A stretch of DNA of 64,000 nt from Eledone cirrhosa (taxonomy: Eukaryota). Shown one piece after another: positions 13,464 through 25,678 of this stretch. Numbering within the stretch: position 1 is the first letter of the stretch; each line of letters starts with the position of its first letter. The position numbers and the translations under genes were made by a program. The stretch is from the NCBI GenBank assembly GCA_964016885.1, contig OZ024742.1:320602001-320666000 (forward strand), in the 5' to 3' direction. Under the pieces are notes generated by a model. That model was not told the origin of the DNA. It made no database searches and saw only the letters and a program-made list of their open reading frames with translations.

Positions 13464-13554
<91 letters not shown>

Positions 13555-13609
13555 GCCATCCATCTATTCATCCATCTCTCTCTCTCGTAGTGTTGTTTTT
13601 TACTTTCCC

Positions 13610-13663
<54 letters not shown>

Positions 13664-13671
13664 AGGGGGTG

Positions 13672-13736
<65 letters not shown>

Positions 13737-13831
13737 TATATAGAGTCTTGGTATATATGGCATACGAATCCTGGACAAAAAAATCCATTATCTTCAACGC
13801 TATTACCGTCAGAATTGACGGCACGGATCCA

Positions 13832-13941
<110 letters not shown>

Positions 13942-14025
13942 AAAGGTAAACAGAAATAACAACACAATCGGTACACTATATGGAAGGTATATATTAGGTT
14001 AACGCTAGATATAGCAGGAAGAGGG

Positions 14026-14061
14026 TCTTAACGTTTCAGACGCTAGTCCTTCATCAGAAGA
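14026..14061 (-). ncRNA. Minimal hammerhead ribozyme (H5)
   Basis: tcttCTGATGAaggactagcgtctGAAACGTTaaga, with a G.U pair in stem II. Confidence 0.75.
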
Positions 14062-14218
14062 AAGAATGAGAAATAAAATAGATTGAGGGGACGGGCGGGA
14101 TGGAATTGGAAAAAATATATATATGTATATAGAGACTTGTATTTACTAAATACAGGTTCTGTAAAATCATACAGCGAGTAGAAATTCGGCGAGCTAAGAC
14201 AAATTCAATTCGTCTGCT

Positions 14219-14374
<156 letters not shown>

Positions 14375-14593
14375 AAAAGAGTCAGGACCCCGACGGCTGA
14401 GCTCCGGCCGTTTCGACAGCTAGATCCGAACTGATGCGTTATGGTCCACCTGGTATCTTACCACACCTTCTTTGTTATATATCCAGTTCCTCGGAGGACT
14501 AACAACACAGCCGGGAGGTGGACATATCGATATATTGACGGAGGTAAATACACTTTAACAACATGTGTACCTGTCTTTTCCACACCAATTCGG

Positions 14594-14650
14594 ACTGTCT
14601 GAAGAGGTCACAGCCAATGATGGCTGTCACCGAAATATATATATAGCAGT
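14594..14650 (+). ncRNA. Type I hammerhead ribozyme (family H6)
   Basis: actgt-CTGAAGA-ggtcacagcca atga tggctgtcacc-GAAA-tatatata-TA-gcagt; AATAAA about 15 nt downstream. Confidence 0.85.
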
Positions 14651-14795
14651 AAATCTATAATTTATAATAAACGAAGCAAAATTTTACATATTTGACTTAC
14701 TTATTTTACATTACTCCAGAGTAAACAAACCAACCTGCGTACTTCGTCGAGTGCTCCAATCTGCATACTAGGTGTCGGTAAACAACCAACATATA

Positions 14796-14877
<82 letters not shown>

Positions 14878-14880
<3 letters not shown>

Positions 14881-15000
14881 ATGAGCAGAACAAACAAACA
14901 TTAAATAATCCTTTAAATAAATTAAAAAAATGATTTAAATATCTACCTGTTCATAATTTATTTAAAGGATTATTTAATGTTTGTTTGTTCTGCTCATCAA
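14878..15000. repeat. Inverted repeat, arms about 48 bp
   Basis: ttgatgagcagaacaaac...aaatta / taattt...gtttgttctgctcatcaa. Confidence 0.9.
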
Positions 15001-15369
15001 TTTTTATAGTTCTGGTATCTCGAATTAGTACCATAGAACAACAATTATATTATAGACACCCTATCTATCTCTATGGGTACTTAGTACTCAGTGAGATATT
15101 TACCTTATTTATATATATATATAATATACCGAAACCGTAGTGATTTCCTGAGGTTGACTGAGGAGATCTGACTGTCCCTTCTTCTGTTGTTTTTTCCATT
15201 GTATTTGACCTGTCCCCATCCCCACTCTCAATTTGTTACTGTCCCTTGTACACTAGAGCCTGTTGTACTGACGTTAAAGCAACGAAACAACGTATCTTTA
15301 GCGATCGTCTGCTAAGTTGGAACTGATTTTTTTTCGTTCGTTCTTCTGTTATCTTTTCCAATATATATA

Positions 15370-16080
15370 TGATAACTGCCATTTCTTTACAACGAATTCA
15401 CTTGCCTTATGAATCACCGCCAACTGTAAGCTGCTGACCAGTTTGATGACTGAACAGGCTTTGTTTAGATAACTTTTTCTAGACCCTTGCCATGTGGTAT
15501 GGGTAAGCAGTGCGTCCCCCAAAAGGGCTGCACAGACACTCAAGACACCACCGAAGCATGTTGCTGTTCGTGCCAACAGTGCATTGACGTTAGGATAAGA
15601 ATCGAGCCGCCCACGTGTAGATTTGTGATACATCATTCCTCCACCGCTGTGGGACTTGTGAAGAAATATCTGCACGTAAGATGGCAATGGTACTTGCTGG
15701 TGCCACGCACATAGCACCCACTCCACCCCCACGTCTATGTGTTCAATGACAAGCCATGGCAGGATAACAGGACAGTTACGAGGACCGCATGTGTTATTGT
15801 CATGGAGTTTAAACTCTCCAGTGGGTGTAACCGTACTCACCACGCTTGGCCAATTGCAGGTTGGTGAGTCTATTTAACCCATAGTTGGGGTGGATGGCCG
15901 TTGACTCTGTGGAGTTCATTCGTCCTTTCACAGCTCTTGTTTTGTGCTGAGTTTCCACTTGTCCTCCTCACCAAAACAGGGGCTTGTGGGGGAGCCGGTT
16001 TTGTCATCGACCACTCGACTATGAAACAGGTTGTACAGAGCTACATGTTATTAGTAGCAGGCAGTGGCCTGACCTGACAT
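15370..16080 (-). mobile_element. Non-autonomous RTE-related element (diverged relative of 16678-17287)
   Basis: Its 5' part (gtcaggtca...gctactaataacatgta...ttggtgaggagg...agagtcaacggccatcca) aligns by eye with 16678-16870. The 3' boundary is uncertain. Confidence 0.5.
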
Positions 16081-16608
16081 ATATACAGTATATATATATG
16101 AACCATTCTCCATGTTCTCACTGTCATTGTACTCTCCTCCATTCTATTCAGGATCACTCCTACCTTTCTTTCTCTCTCAGATCACTCTGTTTAATTCCAC
16201 CACACCAGTCACACCCTATTGAACACATGTTCTATTCTTCACTTTACTTCACACTTTATCAGAAGTTAGCACCATACTTTCCCTCTGTTACACCAACCTG
16301 ACAAATCTCATACGATTATAACATTCTTTCTTAGCCCTTTCCCTTCACACCGTCCCTTTAAATCCCTCTACAGCCCTCATGCATCGTGACATCATACTTG
16401 TCGTCCTCCCTTCCAACCATTTATTTTCACTCACCCCACTGCTTACTCCGCCACTATCACCTCTTAGTGACTATTCTCTTTAGCATCTTTTGATTTAATG
16501 TCAAAATCGACTGCCATATTGGTGACACGAAAAATGCACCCAGTCCACTCTGTAAACTGGTTGTCCTTAAGAAGGCATCCTGTTGCAGAAAATGAGATGT
16601 AACCATTA

Positions 16609-16659
<51 letters not shown>

Positions 16660-16677
16660 ATGTATGTGTGTGTGTAT

Positions 16678-17287
16678 GTCAGGTCACCAGTTGGTGCTAC
16701 TGGTAACATGTATCCCAGTACAACCTGTCTCATGGTCGGGTCGTTGGCGACTAAACTGGCAACCCCACCAAGGTTTCTTGGTGAGGAGGGTGACTTTGGA
16801 CATCCTGCAGGACTAAAAACAAAACCTGTCAAAGGGCAAAGGAGCTCTTAAGAGTCAATGGCCATCCAAAATCACCGGGAGAGATGACCCCTTAGCCTTT
16901 GTCAAGGCAGAATTCTAGGAGAAGGAAAACTCTGATATAACACCTGCAACCCTGATGGTATCCAATGATGTTGACTTGTTCTTCTTTTTGGTAAATATCA
17001 TCTTGGTTAAGAGAGTGGGACTGGCTTTGTGCAGTGCCTTTGCTCACTATAAAAGCTTCACGGCACAGGCATTGCTTTATATCTGGAGATCTCTCTGCAC
17101 TTGTCGTCACATGGTACCATGGGCCCAGCACTATGTGTCAATAATTGTCACAAGTGTAGTGTTTGTACCATAGTTTTCAAGTCGCTGGCTGGACTAAAAA
17201 GTCACACTCGTTCAGCGCATCGGTAGGAGTTCTCCTACATGGATATAAAGTAGTGACCGTACTCGAAAACGAGTTGGCAGCCACCAT
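16678..17287 (+). mobile_element. Non-autonomous RTE-related element
   Basis: Near-identical 3' portion at 51267-51720; 5' portion recurs at 22415-22545(-). The 3' end encodes a C2H2-like remnant (intact as [17 protein letters not shown] in the 51-kb copy) and an RTE-like tail hairpin actcgaaaacgagt. Confidence 0.6.
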
Positions 17288-17630
17288 GTATGTATGTATG
17301 TATGTATGTATGTATGTATGTATGTATGTATGTATGTATGTATGTATGTGTACACGTGTGTATGTTTGTGAGTGTGTAAATGTTTTACGATGGCTTCAAT
17401 TTTCACAACGTGGCTTATAACTATTATATTGGTTTCAGCAGATCTAGTAATAACCGACATTGTTATAAGTATATTACTGTAAAAGAGGTGACACTGCCGA
17501 CAATCCAAGCTGAAGATTGCTGGTGACTCAATAGGTTTAGAACTTACATGGAAATTCTCGTAACGTGACGTGATATGAAAACTGTTCCGAAGATTTAGTT
17601 TTTTAATATCCTTAAATAAATACTTATATG

Positions 17631-17664
<34 letters not shown>

Positions 17665-17668
17665 TATG

Positions 17669-17706
<38 letters not shown>

Positions 17707-17758
17707 GAGAAAGAGAGAAAGAGAGAGAGACAGATAGAGAGAGAGGCAGAGAGAGAGA

Positions 17759-17795
<37 letters not shown>

Positions 17796-17842
17796 TGTAG
17801 GTGATTCTATCTATCTACCTATCTATCTATCTATCTATATAA

Positions 17843-17878
<36 letters not shown>

Positions 17879-17899
17879 ATATATATATATAGATAGATA

Positions 17900-18326
17900 T
17901 GTTTCTTTTATTTGCCACCAGGGCATCAAAAGTGGGACAAGTACAATGGGGGGAGTTTACACAAAAAGGCGTCCTCAATAAGGAGGAGGCAATAACGAAA
18001 TATAAAAATAAAATAAAATATAACAGAATAAAATTTATAACAAAATCCTCAATAGAGAGGAGGCGCCTTGGGGGGTCGCACACACCCCCGAAAAAAAGTG
18101 TGCAACCCTTTTCCTCAGGAGCACAGAGAAGGGGTGCTCCCTTGGTCTTTCATCTTCCTCACCTATAGTCTGATGTAGAGTGAAGGCCCATTCACACAGG
18201 CCATTCTCGCCACTTTCACCCATCTTTCATAAAAACGGCTGGGGTGCAGCACCTCTCTCTCCATCCTGATCCTTCTTCCGAAATGATATCGGAAGAAATG
18301 GACCAGTTGTTGGCCAGAGAGAAAGG
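17900..18326 (-). mobile_element. Tx1/L1-like LINE 3' end
   Basis: Minus-strand translation [42 protein letters not shown], followed by a 3' UTR ending in aataaagaaa. Confidence 0.55.
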
Positions 18327-18352
18327 TGTATATATATAGATAGATAGATATG

Positions 18353-18539
<187 letters not shown>

Positions 18540-18754
18540 TATTTATGTATCGAGAGAGAGAAAAAAAAGGGAGGATAGGTGATACATATAGTTATTTGCC
18601 AAGAAGCGTATGCCAAAGGTGCTCGATACTAGTGCCGGCAGTATTAAATATTCGAAGTGCTAATATTTAGTGGGCTAGAGAGTTAGCAGAGCCTAAGCAC
18701 GTGGAAAAGTAAGAAATCGGAGAATAGACCGTTAAAACATGTTTATTTAAAACA

Positions 18755-18795
18755 GCACCTACGCACGTTTCGCCCAGTTGGGCTTCTCAAGAGCA
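18755..18795 (-). ncRNA. Hammerhead ribozyme variant with U3-A8 core (family H7), 3' pLTR of Naiad-2
   Basis: tgctc-TTGAGAA-gccc aact gggc-GAAA-cgtgcg-TA-ggtgc, then AATAAA. Stem I is weak. Confidence 0.65.
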
Positions 18796-19171
18796 TAAAT
18801 AACCAAAAGTGTTCCTTACATTGCTCGGAAAGAGTCTTTGGGGTTATGTTCACGTCAAGATTCATTGCTCGCAGAAATAGCGTGTTTTGATTTTGCAGCA
18901 GGTCAAGGGAGGTAACTCTGGCCGGTGTTAGGGCAGTCTTTCCCGGACAAATTTTTTATCCGTTACAAGATGTGGTTACAATCTTACCATTGTCGATACG
19001 CACAGTGTCATGTAATCCACGCTTATTTTGAGACGTTTGTTTTTCCGCACCTGTTTGCCTGGGTCGTTTGAGGCTGAGTCTGGTATGCATGGTTAGTTTC
19101 TTGGGTGTTACTTTGCAGCGCCTGCCCGCCGGGGTGTTAAAACTTGTTGCAGGGAGATCCGGTACACGGTT

Positions 19172-20760
19172 TCACACCTCATCCTTAACCCATCTGAAGA
19201 AGGATATTTTTAAGCGATGTGCACAACTTATCGCTGTTTCAGCTCTGCTGTTGATTAGCTCGTGGGGTGCAGTTATGATGTGGTAGAGCTCCATGAGGCA
19301 AAGATCGCTCTTCCTGTTGAAGTTGTACGGTGTAGCCCTGCCGACAATATCCCAGTGCGTGGAGAAGCTGATGTTTAAGTTCTTTAATGATGTGATGTAG
19401 TCCGCGAGCGAAGTGGAGTGTCTTAATTTCTTATTTGTGAAAGAGTGGAGATGTGTTCGAAACCTAATTTTGAACGGGCCGGAGGTAGCCCCTATATAAT
19501 GTTTAACGCTATTGTGGCTAGTTACAGTGCATCTATATATAACCCTATCAGTCAAGCAGTATCCTCTAAGGGGGCAGCGTCCCCTGTCGCGGCAGTTCCA
19601 ATTTCTGTCGCGGTTCCATTCATTTCCTACGGTAAGGCTATCATTGTTGCTGCCTACATTGTTATCTACGCTCCCGCAGCTGTCATTAGCACCATTACAA
19701 CCCACAGCGCGCGGGGTGGTACGATTATTAATCCGCACGTCATGTCCTGCATGTTCCCCAGTCATTTTGCGGTTATGCTGGTTGCGTCTGCGGAGGCCGT
19801 TGCCAGCACTATTGGATGCTGCTAGGGAGTTGTTAAGGCCGATATAGTTATTGTCAGGTGTAGGTGCGTCTGTGTTAAGGTGCTGTGTATTGGTGATCTT
19901 ACTGTGGTTCGTTGTTCCTATGATGTCTGCTAGGTTAGGAGTAGTAGAGAAGGATATTTTTATATTGTTCCTATTAAGAATTTTTCTATACCTATGGTTG
20001 GGCGGGAAGTTCTTCTCTAAGGCTTCGAAGAATATCCGGGGTATGTTGGAGGCCACACCCCGAGAGTGGGGGGTTGGGGTGGGGGTGGAACCATAGGACG
20101 TTACGGTGGCGATTACGTGTCCTTGTACGTTTGCTACAGGTGGTTCCATCTAGGTGACCGTTCTTATGTATGTTAATGCGCTGTAGCCCGTTAGGTGCCC
20201 TTTCACTTTATGCTCGGGTACACTCTTCTTCCTTCTTCCATGTTTATGTACAGGAAGATGTTGGTAGGAAGGCGTTGGTAGTAGGCCGTCGCCTTTGTTG
20301 ATTTTGTAGTAGGGAAATAGTTCGAGTAAGCTACAGTGGTCACTGTCGCCGGGGTCGTGATATTTAGTGCGATTATCTATTCTATTATATCCCACTCCAA
20401 CGAGGTCGCCGCGTGATCGGTTATAGGTATGGCTTACTATAACGTTCGTTTTATGAGAGGGGGGGGGGTTCTAGAGCTAGCGTTAGGGATGTAGGAATTT
20501 CCTCGGTTAAAGGCGGCGATTATCAAGGCCCTATTGTAGTAATCTGCCGCTTGGTTGAAGATATCCTCATTAGCAGATAACCTCGAGATTCTCTGTGAGA
20601 TACTATAGACTATGGAGTTGAGAGTCTGTTTCGGGTGGTTGGAGGCATAATTAATATAAGAGAGGCACTCTCCAGGCTTATGGTATGGCTTGTATAAGCC
20701 CGTACTCAACTCCAGGGTCACGCCCAGGAAGTTGACAACCTGGTGGTTGAGGTCCATAAT
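19172..20760 (-). pseudogene. 5'-truncated Naiad-type Penelope element 2 (RT thumb + GIY-YIG)
   Basis: VNFLGVTLELSTGLYKPYHKP...YINYASNHP; KISFSTTPN; CRDRGRCPLRGYC; VIYRC...YIGATSGPFKIRFRTH; LINSRAE...CAH. Frameshifted. Confidence 0.9.
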
Positions 20761-20902
20761 AATCAGGTATATATCCCTACACGCAAAAAAAAAACGAATA
20801 GGAACACATGTATTATCCAACCATATGCCAATGTGGTTCAATGGCAGGTTAATAAATTAACGAGCCAGAACATATATAATCAAGGTTTAGCAAAATATAT
20901 AT

Positions 20903-21244
<342 letters not shown>

Positions 21245-21329
21245 TATGTATATATATATCTGTGTGTATATATATACTCTTTTACTCTTTTACCTGTTTC
21301 AGCCATCCGGCTGAGGCCATGCTGGGGCA

Positions 21330-21371
<42 letters not shown>

Positions 21372-21377
<6 letters not shown>

Positions 21378-21589
21378 TAAAATAACAGATTAAAGTTTAA
21401 GCAAAGAATCGCTGCTTTCATCCTTAACGGGATCTTCAGAAGATCCCGTTAAGGGTGAAAGCAGCGATTCTTTGCTTAAACTTTAATCTGTTATTTTAAT
21501 AAATATTTGCTCTACGGTTCTTATATATTTGATATATATTTATCCTTATCGAGCCCTCTTTGGATTTTAGTCTTCAAATTTATTATTAT

Positions 21590-21593
<4 letters not shown>
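21372..21593. mobile_element. Fold-back pair of Naiad-1 pLTR fragments with H4 hammerheads
   Basis: Palindrome centred on 21438 (gatcttc-a-gaagatc); the right arm runs on to the pLTR end ttattattattact. Confidence 0.85.
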
Positions 21594-21676
<83 letters not shown>

Positions 21677-22050
21677 TATATATACATATGCATATATATA
21701 TATATATATATTGCTAAATCTTGATTATATATGTTCTGGCTCGTTAATTTATTAACCTGCCATTGAACCACATTGGCATATGGTTGGACATGTGTTCCTA
21801 TTCGTTTTTTGCGTGTAGGGATATATACCTTATTAATATTAATCTCCCCCTGGTCGAGATGAAATCTAGTCATTTTGACTACTGCTATTTATAGTGGTAG
21901 TAGACTGACCTCCCTACCTCTGCTTCTATCTTTACACACGGCACTGGACAGAATTGCTTCCACATCATTCATTCTCATTTCTGGAACAATTTTGAATAGC
22001 GCCAGTTCGTAATTTGAACTCGGGAATTTTATATTCTCCGAGTGAAAAGA

Positions 22051-22137
22051 ACCTTCTGACGAGAGTTTATCTTTTCAATGGAAGCCCGCAAGGACTTTCC
22101 ATTTATGTTTGAGATTCGAAACCGATTCGGTAAAGGT
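22051..22137 (+). ncRNA. Type I hammerhead ribozyme (family H8)
   Basis: acctt-CTGACGA-gagttt...aatggaag..ctttccatt...agattc-GAAA-ccg att cgg-TA-aaggt; its downstream tail recurs at 7140-7200. Confidence 0.85.
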
Positions 22138-22204
22138 AACTATAGAAAGTACAGTGAATTTTTTGAAATTTATTTTGTAACTTTTTCTTATTTGCTAAAC
22201 CTTG

Positions 22205-22375
<171 letters not shown>

Positions 22376-23044
22376 CAGCATAGAACCAGTTTAAAACTAG
22401 TTAGACCATTACTCAACAGAGTCCAAAATCTCCTTCCTCACCAAGTAAACTTGGTGGTGTTCCCGGTTTAGTCGTCGACGACCCGACCGTGTGAGAGGTT
22501 GTACTGGCTTACATGTTACCAGTAGCACTCAAGAGTGACCCGACATACATACATACTATATATAGATTTATATTAAAATTGTAAAAAATACTACGACAGT
22601 ATGTTTCATAAACATATTCTCATAGTAATCCCGGGAAAACACACTCCGTGGTGAAACGACAGTAATTCTCGTTAAAACCTTAGTAAGGATTCGATTACAT
22701 TCGATTTTCAGCCGAGCAAATGTAGAGATAACTACATTACGATAAATGTGGGCTCGATCAGCAGAGGCTTAGCTTTACTTACATAATGCTGCAAAATTGT
22801 CCAGGTGCATTGATTAACTGGACTACCGGCACAGCGTGTATCAAATTATATTTGGAAATGACAATAACAAACATTTGTTTAATAAACATGTTTAGCTTCG
22901 CCATGAAAACCAGACATGCCTGGTGGTTAAACCGTAGCACTCTCAGCAGGTCTACTACATTGATTACAATTTTAAACTCGTTTATGCTGCGTCAGTGTAT
23001 CAGTAAATACGTACACAAATACACACACACACAAGGACACATAT

Positions 23045-23116
23045 GAAGAAGAAGAAGAAGAAGAAGAAGAAGAAGAAGAAGAAGAAGAAGAAGAAGAAGA
23101 AGAAGAAGAAGAAGAA
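23045..23116. repeat. (GAA)n microsatellite
   Basis: Directly visible. Confidence 0.95.
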
Positions 23117-23221
23117 ACCTTTCGAGAAACACCTGCTGAGGTGTGAATTCCAGTAGTTGTGAAATTGAGAGAAAGAATGTATACACGTGCAAGTGTGTAT
23201 GTATATATATATATATGTATA

Positions 23222-25195
23222 CTAGCAGAAAAACAACTCTTCGGGTGGTTTTCTGCTAGCATGTGTAGTGTGCATATTGATATTATACGCAAGTATATAT
23301 GCTTGTAGATATGATACATCAAATAAAATCGTAATTGACAATATACACAGAAATTGAGCGAAGACTGCGTTACACTGTCTTATGTAATCAGTAACGTAAT
23401 CCATGATACATTAAAAAAAAGACGATATCTAATATATATTTGTGAAATGGGCGGTGGTTGAAATTCAGATGTGCACGGTTAAATGGTAGTAGACGTGGTC
23501 GGACTGACATGAAAATTTACACACCAATGTAAAAAGTGCCAAGGAAGCAAATAGACGAGGTTTCAAATCGCTAACTTGAAAAATGTGGTCCCTGGGGTCC
23601 CAAAACTATCGCGTTCGGTGAGTTATTTCCCCCTGTTCTAATACTTTTGTCTTATTTACAATTTCATCAACATTCTTTCGCTGTTAACATACAGTACCAA
23701 TAATTTGAAAAATATTATTGAAAGTTTATTGTAAAGAAGCCGTTTCAGGAAAAAGTGTAAACTATCATACAAACCTTCATAATATGCATTTTAAAACTTG
23801 CATATCATCGACATTGCTATTTCGCTGTTAATAAACTATCATCCTTCTACATTTAACGATCATACAATACCGTTTTATGAAATAGATTCTGCAGTACGGT
23901 CACTGTTTTCCATCAAAAGAAATAAAACCCTCGCGATACTTGGTTTTAGTGTCCTAAATTATCATCATCGACATTCAATTATTAGCTCCACCCACTACAC
24001 GATATGTCACGAAGGTAAATGTTTCGAAAAAATTTTAAACTGTATATCGCAACAATATATTGTTTAAAGAAATTTTTTTTCTGTTGTTAAAAACTGTAAA
24101 TCTGTTTTAAAAAAATGTATTTTGCAGCAATTTTTTTTCTGTCAAAAACTGTAAATAAATATTCATGTAAAAATGAAGCATAGTGTTTCGGTTAAATACA
24201 TTTTTTTAAAAACAGATTTACAGTTTTAAACAACGGAAAAAAATTTTCTTTAAACAATATATTGTTGCGATATACAGTTTAACATTTTTTCGAAACATTT
24301 ACCTTCGTGACGTTTCGTGTGTTAAAAAAAATGTATTTCGCAGCAATTTTTTTTCTGTTAAAAACTATAAATAAATATTCATGTAAAAATGAAGCATAGT
24401 TTTTCTGTGAAAAACTGTAAATAAATATTTATTTTGTTCAAAAAATAAATCAAAAATCTAATTTTCTCTGTTAATATTTTAATAAATATTTATTCTAAAA
24501 ATTCAATGTTTTTTCGTGTAAAAATGAACATGTAAAAATCAAGCCGCAGCAGCAGCTGATGACGTGTCGTGACGTATCGTGTAGTGGGTGGAGCTAATAA
24601 TTGAATGTCGATAATGATAATTTAGGACACTAAAACCAAGTATCGCCAAACCCTTAAATTGCGAAGAAGGGACGCGTGTTTTTATTTTAATTCTAATATA
24701 TGTTAACCACCACTAACAGTAAGTAGTATTTTTCAAATTGCATATCATCGACATTGCTATTTCGCTGTTAATATACAGCGCTTTTCACGTCGCTCCACTT
24801 CTCATTGTACGCCGTCCAGCCCAAAGTGCATATTTCTATTTTTTTTCCTGAAATTGCTTCTTTATAATAAACTTTCAATAATATTTTTCAAATTATTAAC
24901 TTAATAAAAAGTGGCTCCGGGTGCTAGTTATATATAAACTGCATTAGGAGAAAATTAATGACGGAAATATATGAATGCTTATTTAAGCGATCGCTAAACG
25001 GAAGTGTTGACATTTGAAAATTTTAAAGAAGTGAATCTTAAAATAAGCAACAAAATTATATATATTTAATCAAGAATAATGAAATTTAGTACATAAATTA
25101 TGTAATTATTTATTCAAAGTAATGCAACTTATTTTCCAAACGGGATAAAAAAAAAAATATTCTGGACGCAGTCCCCCGCACTCCTTTCTTTATTT
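23222..25195 (-). mobile_element. Hel-A Helitron split by a nested insertion
   Basis: Matches 2796-3273 over 23222-23427 and resumes at 24928. Confidence 0.8.
23428..24927 (+). mobile_element. Nested non-autonomous Helitron (Hel-B)
   Basis: Starts TC, ends CTAG, inserted exactly between A and T of the host (gacgata|ttatatataaac) with no TSD. The 3' hairpin is not evident. Confidence 0.8.
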
Positions 25196-25217
25196 TCTTA
25201 GCTTCGTACGGGCCTAT

Positions 25218-25258
<41 letters not shown>

Positions 25259-25476
25259 CATGCTTGCGCACGTGCTCAAGTATAGCTCTTGTTACAAAAG
25301 TTTTTTTTTTCATTTCAGGTAGACGCGCGCCATCATCCAATTTTCTAAAAACCAAATCATACACCAACAGTTTTGCAAGAGATGTCAACATGAATGGACC
25401 TATTATTTTTATCTAAAGACATTTTTTTCCAATTCCATCCCGCCCGTCCGCTTAATCTATTTTATTTTTCACTCTT

Positions 25477-25512
25477 TCTTCTGATGAAGGACTAGCGTCC
25501 GAAACGTTAAGA
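25477..25512 (+). ncRNA. Minimal hammerhead ribozyme (H5)
   Basis: Identical to 11559-11594. Confidence 0.8.
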
Positions 25513-25599
25513 CCCTCTTCCTGCTATATCAAGCGTTAACCTAATATATATCTTCCATTTACTGTACCGATTGTGTCGTTATTTCTGTTTATCTTTTAC

Positions 25600-25678
<79 letters not shown>

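Noticed and set aside
18790-18870. Possible SECIS (AUGA...AA) downstream of Naiad-2
   Set aside because: The 3' GA quartet partner is not positioned opposite AUGA and the helix is poor.
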